The notes below the pieces were generated by a model. That model worked only from the letters and a program-made list of their open reading frames with translations, was not told the DNA's origin and did not search any database. From Candidatus Iainarchaeum sp. (GTDB lineage: Archaea; Iainarchaeota; Iainarchaeia; Iainarchaeales; DTGL01): DNA of 5,609 bases. A program made the position numbers and the translations under genes. Positions within the stretch are counted from its first letter, which is position 1. Each line of letters opens with the position of its first letter. Below, in pieces: positions 1-4,663 of the stretch. Location of the stretch: positions 1 to 5,609 of the forward strand of contig JAVYME010000048.1 of the NCBI GenBank assembly GCA_038736825.1, given 5' to 3'.

Positions 1-163
1 TTTTTTCCCCAAAAAGCCCATTCCTCAGTTGAAGTGATGTGACTAGATAATGGTGTTCGTCTGTAGAAGAATAGAATTGTGGAAAAAATGCCAAGTAAAA
101 CAAGGCAAATACTAGCACACAGGCAAAAATCTTTTTTTCTTGCATGTTTAATCCGTAGTTCAT
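1..163 (-). CDS. 5' fragment (about 54 codons, continues past the left edge) of a GT-C-fold, polyprenyl-phosphate-sugar-dependent membrane glycosyltransferase, ArnT/PMT-like (GT83/GT39 type)
   Basis: Absent from the supplied ORF track (too short). The reverse complement of 1..163 starts at ATG (163..161) and reads MNYGLNMQEKKIFACVLVFALFYLAFFPQFYSSTDEHHYLVTSLQLRNGLFGEK with no stop before the window edge. A second in-frame ATG lies at 145..143. The layout is a short basic N-terminus (KK), one hydrophobic helix, then D-E-x-x-Y-x-x-x-S-x-x-L-x-x-G. This lines up with the first-loop DE motif of ArnT (PDETRYAEISREMLASG in E. coli ArnT, from memory) and of PMT-family enzymes. Only 54 residues are visible, so the family call is tentative. 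Confidence 0.5.
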   Translation of the reverse strand, partial: MNYGLNMQEKKIFACVLVFALFYLAFFPQFYSSTDEHHYLVTSLQLRNGLFGEK

Positions 164-177
164 GCAAGTATTTGCCT
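121..177. repeat. Nested inverted repeat: inner arms CTTGCATG (139..146) and CATGCAAG (161..168) with a 14-nt spacer; outer arms AGGCAAA (121..127) and TTTGCCT (171..177)
   Basis: Both arm pairs are perfect reverse complements on direct reading. Each inner arm contains one of the two candidate minus-strand ATG codons of the GT-C-like ORF (163..161 and 145..143). AGGCAAA also occurs as a direct copy at 104..110. Function is unknown; an operator or a start-codon-sequestering RNA hairpin are possibilities. Confidence 0.6.
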
Positions 178-185
178 AAGAACTG

Positions 186-191
186 TTTAAA
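186..191 (-). promoter_or_regulatory. TATA-like box (TTTAAA) for the minus-strand GT-C-like gene
   Basis: The palindromic TTTAAA is centred about 25.5 nt upstream of the minus-strand ATG at 163. There is no Shine-Dalgarno motif in between. This fits an archaeal TATA box about 26 nt upstream of the start of a leaderless transcript. AT-rich spacers produce such hexamers by chance, so confidence is low. Confidence 0.3.
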
Positions 192-247
192 AAAATGTAA
201 TGGCAAATGAGAAAAAATCGAGTCATGTACCAAAAATTGCGCTATTT

Positions 248-253
248 TTTAAA
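248..253 (+). promoter_or_regulatory. TATA-like box (TTTAAA) for the plus-strand flippase-like/GNAT gene
   Basis: TTTAAA is centred about 26.5 nt upstream of the ATG at 277, and no Shine-Dalgarno motif precedes either 277 or the GTG at 256. It mirrors the box at 186..191 for the divergent gene. If real, it rules out the GTG at 256 as the start. Confidence 0.3.
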
Positions 254-276
254 AAGTGAACACTCAAAGTTATTTT

Positions 277-1611
277 ATGGGCGTCAACAAAAGAAACATT
301 TTATTGAATGCGATCAGGATACTTTTCACCATAGTTTTGGTAGTAGCAATATTTTTCTTTGTTGGACCAGAAAGGATATTGGACTCCATTGTAAATTTCA
401 ATCTTTTTTTCCTTCCAGCAATAATACTTTTGATGGGAGCAATACTTCTTTTCGGTGCCATCGCAGTGTTTGTGCTCCTACCGCCAGAAAAAAAAATAGA
501 TTTTTCAATTTTCCTTAAAGCATATCTTTCCAGTTGGGCTGTCGGCCACATTTTTCCTGGAAAAATGGGTGAGTTTTCGCTTCCCTTTTTTTTGAAAGAT
601 GCCATCCCAACAGGCCAGACATTGGCAATAGTTCTTGTTGAAAAACTTGTTTCTTTTATAGTTCTTTTCTTTTTTGGGTTAATATTTTTTTTAAAGTTCG
701 GCTTGGATTTTTTTTCAATTACTGTATTTTCTTTGATTGCCCTAATAGCCGTTCTTTTCTTTATTGTAAGTCCTTTTGGCAGAGAGTTGCTCAAAAGAAC
801 CATTTTCAGGCAAAAAAAGGAGCTCTTTGTGGGATTTTATAGCACCCTCAAAGCCTGCGCCATAGAAAGGAAAAAAGCACTCGTGATGACAGTGGTATTC
901 ACCACCTTAAGGTCACTTGCAATGGGGCTTTCGCTTTCCTTAATACTATTGGGTTTTGGCTTTTCAGCTGATTTAATTGATCTTACTGCTCTTACTTCTG
1001 CTGTGACATTGATTGCATTTGTTCCCGTCACAATCAGTGGACTTGGCTTGAGGGAGGGCTCTTTTGTTTTCCTTTCTTCTTTTCTCGGGTTATCTAGCGC
1101 TTCAGCAGCAGGCGCAATGGTGATCGTGAATTTGATCAATTACCTTGTCGTGCTATTTATTTTCTATTTCCTGCTTTCTCGGCATATGCCAAAATTGTTT
1201 GGCAAAATAGCAAAAAGAAAACAAAAATGCAGAAAAAGCTTTTTGCGCTCTCCCCAAAAGGAAAAGCTCTTGCTTTCATGTGGCGTGATTACCAAACCAG
1301 GTGAAGCTCTAAAGACAAAGCTTGAGATAGAAAAGAAAATTGGCGGTCAGCTTGTGGGCATTGCCGGCATTTCAGTAAGATATGGTTTCATCCCAGCCCT
1401 TTTCCTTGCAGTAGACGAAAAACACCGAAGCAAAGGCATTGGAACAGAATTGGTAAAGGAATTATTGAAAAAAAAGAAAGGACCAGTATTCCTTACAGTA
1501 ACTAGACATGATTCGCCACAGTTGAGTATCTACAAAAAAAACGGCTTTAGGAAATTAATGAATTGGAGGACCATACGTGGCACCAAAACAATGATAATGT
1601 TCCATTTTTGA
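277..1611 (+). CDS. Fusion protein: N-terminal LPG_synthase_TM / UPF0104 flippase-like polytopic membrane domain (about 8 TM) plus a C-terminal minimal GNAT-type N-acyltransferase domain
   Basis: The maximal ORF is 256..1611 (GTG at 256); the first ATG is at 277 (MGVNKRN...), which I prefer. Membrane-domain hallmarks are HIFPGKMGEFSLPFFLKD and VPVTISGLGLREGSFVFL, matching the conserved P-x-G-E and GlG-x-E motifs of the MprF flippase-type family. About 8 hydrophobic segments are followed by a strongly basic linker (KIAKRKQKCRKSFLR). The C-terminal part reads QLVGIAGISVRYGFIPALFLAVDEKHRSKGIGTELVKELL ... LSIYKKNGFRKL. This is GNAT motif A (R-x-x-G-x-G, codons 1426..1443) plus the motif-B-like YxxxGF. 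Confidence 0.8.
   Translation: MGVNKRNILLNAIRILFTIVLVVAIFFFVGPERILDSIVNFNLFFLPAIILLMGAILLFGAIAVFVLLPPEKKIDFSIFLKAYLSSWAVGHIFPGKMGEFSLPFFLKDAIPTGQTLAIVLVEKLVSFIVLFFFGLIFFLKFGLDFFSITVFSLIALIAVLFFIVSPFGRELLKRTIFRQKKELFVGFYSTLKACAIERKKALVMTVVFTTLRSLAMGLSLSLILLGFGFSADLIDLTALTSAVTLIAFVPVTISGLGLREGSFVFLSSFLGLSSASAAGAMVIVNLINYLVVLFIFYFLLSRHMPKLFGKIAKRKQKCRKSFLRSPQKEKLLLSCGVITKPGEALKTKLEIEKKIGGQLVGIAGISVRYGFIPALFLAVDEKHRSKGIGTELVKELLKKKKGPVFLTVTRHDSPQLSIYKKNGFRKLMNWRTIRGTKTMIMFHF
1288..1608 (+). other. GNAT acyltransferase domain portion of the 277..1611 fusion (approximate boundaries)
   Basis: Covers residues about 345..451 of the 256-numbered ORF. Includes beta-strand-like EIEKKIGGQLVGIAGISV, the acetyl-CoA pyrophosphate-binding-type loop HRSKGIG, and YKKNGF. 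It is shorter than a canonical GNAT unless the basic segment from the in-frame ATG at 1186 is counted, which would give 141 aa. Confidence 0.6.
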
Positions 1612-1664
1612 ACAGACGGCAACAGATAAATAGATTGTGCTTCAATATAGAACGGTTGAAAAAT

Positions 1665-1670
1665 AGAAGG
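1665..1670 (+). promoter_or_regulatory. Shine-Dalgarno-like motif GAAGGA for the SDR gene
   Basis: GAAGGA ends 10 nt upstream of the ATG at 1681. An in-frame TGA at 1672..1674 excludes any longer N-terminus. Confidence 0.4.
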
Positions 1671-1680
1671 ATGAAAAAAA

Positions 1681-2619
1681 ATGATTTTGGTTACAGGGTG
1701 TTTTGGGTTTTTAGTCTCGAATCTTTGCAATAACTTAGTTAAACGCGAAAAAATAGTTGGTCTAGATTTGTTTGATGGGAAAAGAAACTTGGAGAAAGAG
1801 TTTACCTTTGTAAAATCAGAGAATTTTATCTTGGCGAGGGCAGACATTTCAAATACGCATGATTTAAGGCGCGTATTCAAAAAATACAAATTTGAGAAAG
1901 TCGTGCACTTGGCTGCCAAATCAGAACCACGAAGCCAAAAAAGCAAGGCTAATAGTTATGTGATCACCAATGTAATCGGCACCCTTAATTTGCTGGAAGA
2001 GTGCAGAAAAAACCGTGTTAAAAAAGTGGTTTTTGCATCAACTTCCAATATTTATGGCTTGGCCAAGGCTCCTTTTAATGAGGAAAAAACCAAGTGCTGC
2101 CAGATCTCTGCATATGCAATGACAAAACTGTGTGGAGAATTGCTTTGCAAAATTTACTCTACGAACTATTTCATAGATATACCCTGCTTAAGGTTTTCTA
2201 CAGTGTACGGCGAAAATGGACGCAAGGACATGGCTGTTGAAAAATTCACAAAATCCATATTAAGTGGGCGAAAGATAAAAAAATTTGGGAACGGGGAAAG
2301 CAAAAGGGATTACCTCTATGTGGGTGATGCTGTCAATGCAGTGCTAAGGTCGCTCGAACTCCGCCTCGGGTTTGAAATAATTAACATCGGTTCAGGCAGG
2401 GCAATATCAATAAATGAGCTCATTAACCTTATAGAAAAAGAAACAGGCAGAAAGGCAATTGTGGAGATCGTGCCTGAACCGCTTGAAAACTTGCCGACAA
2501 ATTTGCTTGAAATATCAAAGGCAAAACGCCTGCTCAACTGGAAACCAAAAGTGCAGATTGAAGATGGAATAAGAGAAATTTGCAGGAAAAAAGTGAGCCG
2601 GATTGTAAAAAAGAACTGA
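1681..2619 (+). CDS. NAD(P)-dependent nucleotide-sugar epimerase/dehydratase, extended SDR family (GalE/UXS-like)
   Basis: N-terminal Rossmann motif LVTGCFGFLVSNL, an acidic residue after beta-2 (VGLDLF), HLAAKS, NVIGTLNLLEE, the catalytic Ser region FASTSNIYG, YxxxK as YAMTK (Y145/K149), RFSTVYGENGR, and GNGESKRDYLYVGDAV. All are classic extended-SDR landmarks in the expected order. Confidence 0.9.
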   Translation: MILVTGCFGFLVSNLCNNLVKREKIVGLDLFDGKRNLEKEFTFVKSENFILARADISNTHDLRRVFKKYKFEKVVHLAAKSEPRSQKSKANSYVITNVIGTLNLLEECRKNRVKKVVFASTSNIYGLAKAPFNEEKTKCCQISAYAMTKLCGELLCKIYSTNYFIDIPCLRFSTVYGENGRKDMAVEKFTKSILSGRKIKKFGNGESKRDYLYVGDAVNAVLRSLELRLGFEIINIGSGRAISINELINLIEKETGRKAIVEIVPEPLENLPTNLLEISKAKRLLNWKPKVQIEDGIREICRKKVSRIVKKN

Positions 2620-2625
2620 CTATTA

Positions 2626-2631
2626 AAGGAG
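2626..2631 (+). promoter_or_regulatory. Shine-Dalgarno motif AAGGAG for the GT4 gene
   Basis: AAGGAG lies 6 nt upstream of the ATG at 2638, inside the 18-nt spacer after the SDR stop. This suggests co-transcription with the upstream gene. Confidence 0.55.
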
Positions 2632-2637
2632 CAATAC

Positions 2638-3735
2638 ATGGCCAAAATTGCAATACTTTGCCCGAGAACTCCAAGGCTTTACTCTGCAGGCATAGAAACC
2701 TCAGTAATTCATGTTGGTGATGGGTTGAAAAAAGCTGGCTTTGAAGTGGAAATCTTTACAACTGCAAAAAAGCCCGAAAAAAATGCTTGCTTGAACGGAA
2801 TTCCAATTCACGAATTTCCCGCTTTTGCCCCAAGCGATGCATATTTTTTCTCCCCGCAACTTTATTTTGCAGTGAAAAAATCCAGAGCAGACATAATTCA
2901 CTGCAATGGCTATAACAATCTCGTAACACTACTTGGAATGCTTGCAAAAAAAAAGAACCAAAGGCTGATTGTCACCCTTAACAGTTCAGGCCCTTCCTCT
3001 GCCTTTAGAAAACTTCTCTGGAGCCCATATTCCCTGCTTTTCAACCTTTTTTCAAAAAAAGCCGACTTTTTCGTCTGCGTTTCCAAATTCGAACTTGAAA
3101 TCTTTTCAAAAAAAATAAGCGCTCCACGTGAAAGATTCGTTTTTATCCCAAACGGAGTCGATATTGACTTCATCAAGAGCGTGAAAGCTGGCAAAAAAGG
3201 CAATTACCTGATTTCAATAGGCAGGCTTGTCAAAAACAAGGGCTTTCATCACATTTTGAAGGCGTTTCCAAAAGTGCTTGAAGAGTTTCCATCACTCAGG
3301 CTGAAAATTGTCGGCGAAGGCCCTTACAAGAAAGAGCTTGAAAGAATGGCAATGAAACTTGGAATTTTGGAAAAAGTGGATTTTGAGCCTTGGATTCCTT
3401 TTTCAAGGCGTGAAGACTTGGTCAGGCTTTTGAAAAAGGCAAGGGCTTTTGTGTTCTTGAGCGCTTACGAGTCACAAGGAATTGTGGTGAGCGAAGCTAT
3501 TGCTGCTGGAACGCCATGCATTGTGACTGAAAATTCTGGGTTGAAAGAATTTGTGGAGAATTCTGGCGCATTGGGTGTGAAAAACCCTGAAAATTCTGAA
3601 GAAGTAAGCGAGAAAATAATTTTGGTAATGAAAAACCCAAAAAAATTCAAGCCGAAAAAGGAAACTGTTTGGAGCTGGAAAAAAGTGATCCAGACAACAG
3701 TCAAGGAATTCAAAAAACTACAGCCTATTTCTTGA
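2638..3735 (+). CDS. Glycosyltransferase family 4 (GT-B fold, Glycos_transf_1 type)
   Basis: N-terminal KIAILCP...GIETSVIHVGDGLKKAGFEVEIFT, central LISIGRLVKNKGFHHILKAF...LKIVGEGP, and the EX7E motif as E-SQGIVVS-E (3469..3495) followed by AIAAGTPCIV. These are typical retaining GT4 signatures. The donor and acceptor sugars cannot be inferred. Confidence 0.9.
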   Translation: MAKIAILCPRTPRLYSAGIETSVIHVGDGLKKAGFEVEIFTTAKKPEKNACLNGIPIHEFPAFAPSDAYFFSPQLYFAVKKSRADIIHCNGYNNLVTLLGMLAKKKNQRLIVTLNSSGPSSAFRKLLWSPYSLLFNLFSKKADFFVCVSKFELEIFSKKISAPRERFVFIPNGVDIDFIKSVKAGKKGNYLISIGRLVKNKGFHHILKAFPKVLEEFPSLRLKIVGEGPYKKELERMAMKLGILEKVDFEPWIPFSRREDLVRLLKKARAFVFLSAYESQGIVVSEAIAAGTPCIVTENSGLKEFVENSGALGVKNPENSEEVSEKIILVMKNPKKFKPKKETVWSWKKVIQTTVKEFKKLQPIS

Positions 3736-4651
3736 GCCTGTACAGTATTTCTTCGTTTGTTTTCCTGTCAAACTTGACTATTTCTGCAACCAAACCAATC
3801 ATTATTACTTCCAATCCGAGTATGAGCAAAAGCGAGGAGAGAAGCGCTGTAGGCATGAATGGTTCTATTGCGCCTGTTTCCAAAAAGCGGGCTAGCACTC
3901 TTGATCCAGCCAAAAGCCCGCCCAAGACAAGCAGTCCACCCAATGAAAGAAAGAATTTTAGTGGGTGATAGTTGAGGTATGCTATTAATAGTGTCATTCC
4001 AGCGCGCTTTGCATAACCCCAAATGCTGCTAAAAAGCCTTGAAGAATCAGCGCGCTTCCTGAAATCAACCGGAACCTCAGCTATTTTCAAATTGTATTCT
4101 GATGCAATCAAAAGCGATTCTTGAGTGTAAGTAAAATCGCTTGAAATGTTCATTCTGAGGGCGGCTTCTCTTGAAAAAGCCCTAAAACCGGTTTGTGCAT
4201 CGCTTACCTTACAACCAGCAACAAAGTTGACTATTTTGGTTGCAAGAATGTTTCCCCAGCGCTTGCTTGCAGGCATTTCCTCTATATGTCCCTTGAACCT
4301 GGAGCCCAAAACAATGTCGGCTTTTCCCTCCAAAATCGGTTTTATTAAAAGTGGAACCTGTTTTTGGTTGTATTGAAAATCAGCATCAGTATTGACAATA
4401 ATGTCAGCACCGCACTCCAAAGCAGCATCCAAGCCTGTTTTAAAGGCTTTGGCAAGACCACGATTGCACGCATGCCTTACAACGATTGCATTAAGGCGCT
4501 TGGCAATTTGTGCAGTTTTATCTGTAGAGCCATCGTCAACCACAATGATTTCAATCTTGTCAATTCCAGCTATCTTTTTTGGAATCTCTTCAATCACTTT
4601 TGCAATTGTTTTCTCTTCATTGAAAGCAGGAATTGTAATGACAAGCTTCAT
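3725..4651 (-). CDS. GT2 polyprenyl-phosphate sugar transferase (ArnC / GtrB / dolichyl-phosphate glycosyltransferase-like) with a C-terminal two-helix membrane anchor
   Basis: MKLVITIPAFNEEKTI...IIVVDDGSTDKT...NRGLAKAFKTGL...NTDADFQY (DXD codons 4379..4387). Two C-terminal TM helices lie at about residues 231..253 and 266..291 (nt about 3779..3961) and end in IGLVAEIVKFDRK. This corresponds to the GEY-type tail motif of GtrB/ArnC-like enzymes. The length (308 aa) matches that family. Confidence 0.9.
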   Translation of the reverse strand: MKLVITIPAFNEEKTIAKVIEEIPKKIAGIDKIEIIVVDDGSTDKTAQIAKRLNAIVVRHACNRGLAKAFKTGLDAALECGADIIVNTDADFQYNQKQVPLLIKPILEGKADIVLGSRFKGHIEEMPASKRWGNILATKIVNFVAGCKVSDAQTGFRAFSREAALRMNISSDFTYTQESLLIASEYNLKIAEVPVDFRKRADSSRLFSSIWGYAKRAGMTLLIAYLNYHPLKFFLSLGGLLVLGGLLAGSRVLARFLETGAIEPFMPTALLSSLLLILGLEVIMIGLVAEIVKFDRKTNEEILYRLKK

Positions 4652-4659
4652 TTAGTGCG

Positions 4660-4663
4660 CCTC
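4660..4663 (-). promoter_or_regulatory. Shine-Dalgarno-like GAGG for the GT2 gene, overlapping the aminotransferase stop codon (TGAGG)
   Basis: The minus strand reads TGAGGCGCACTAAATG. GAGG is followed by an 8-nt spacer before the ATG at 4651..4649, and only 10 nt separate the two CDSs. This suggests translational coupling. Confidence 0.45.

Noticed and set aside
139-168. The 8-bp stem / 14-nt loop hairpin as a Rho-independent terminator
   Set aside because: It is not followed by a U-tract on either strand (TATTTG on plus, AAAAAAAG on minus). It lies across the start codons of the minus-strand ORF rather than after a gene.
488-496. Long homopolymer tracts inside coding regions as possible slipped-strand phase-variation switches: A9 at 488..496 and 2946..2954, T8 at 586..593, 685..692, 708..715 and 5411..5418, A8 at 1468..1475, 1534..1541 and 3108..3115
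   Set aside because: They are spread through every gene and simply encode the Lys (AAA) and Phe (TTT) runs expected in an AT-rich genome. They show no clustering near 5' ends and there is no population-variation evidence. They remain relevant only as potential sequencing-error sites.
207-518. Plus-strand ORF 207..518 (103 aa) overlapping the start of the membrane protein in another frame
   Set aside because: It has no motifs and a basic, low-complexity composition. It would run through the putative promoter and overlaps a much better supported frame.
270-1139. Minus-strand ORFs 270..803 (177 aa) and 837..1139 (100 aa), antisense to the flippase-like/GNAT gene
   Set aside because: Their Lys/Phe/Ile-rich low-complexity translations have no recognisable motifs. 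They are fully contained in a plus-strand ORF with strong family motifs. Antisense open frames are expected in AT-rich, stop-poor coding sequence.
1227-1304. A 25-codon alternative-frame ORF (MQKKLFALSPKGKALAFMWRDYQTR) at the fusion junction
   Set aside because: It is too short, has no start signal and has no diagnostic motif. It matters only as a flag for a possible frameshift and is covered in the junction finding.
1530-1946. Minus-strand ORF 1530..1946 (138 aa) spanning the intergenic spacer and the SDR 5' end
   Set aside because: It is antisense to the Rossmann-fold region of a well-supported SDR, has no recognisable domain and has no start signal.
3528-3598. Exact 11-nt direct repeat TGAAAATTCTG (3528..3538 and 3588..3598) plus a near copy GAGAATTCTGG (3557..3567), giving ENSG / ENSG / ENSE in the GT4 C-terminal region
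   Set aside because: It is a short, in-frame peptide-level repeat within an otherwise normal GT4 C-terminal domain. There is no flanking structure suggesting a mobile or regulatory element, so it is most likely a local duplication or coincidence.
2316-3713. Minus-strand ORFs 2316..2645, 2701..2901, 2756..2947, 2910..3203 and 3465..3713
   Set aside because: All are shadow frames antisense to the SDR and GT4 genes, short and without motifs.
3669-4022. ORFs 3669..3968 (+, 99 aa, Ser/Pro-rich) and 3768..4022 (-, 84 aa) over the GT2 C-terminal region
   Set aside because: These are alternative frames of the region encoding the GT2 TM hairpin. The GT2 frame continues seamlessly from the catalytic domain into the family-typical tail motif, so these are frame artefacts.
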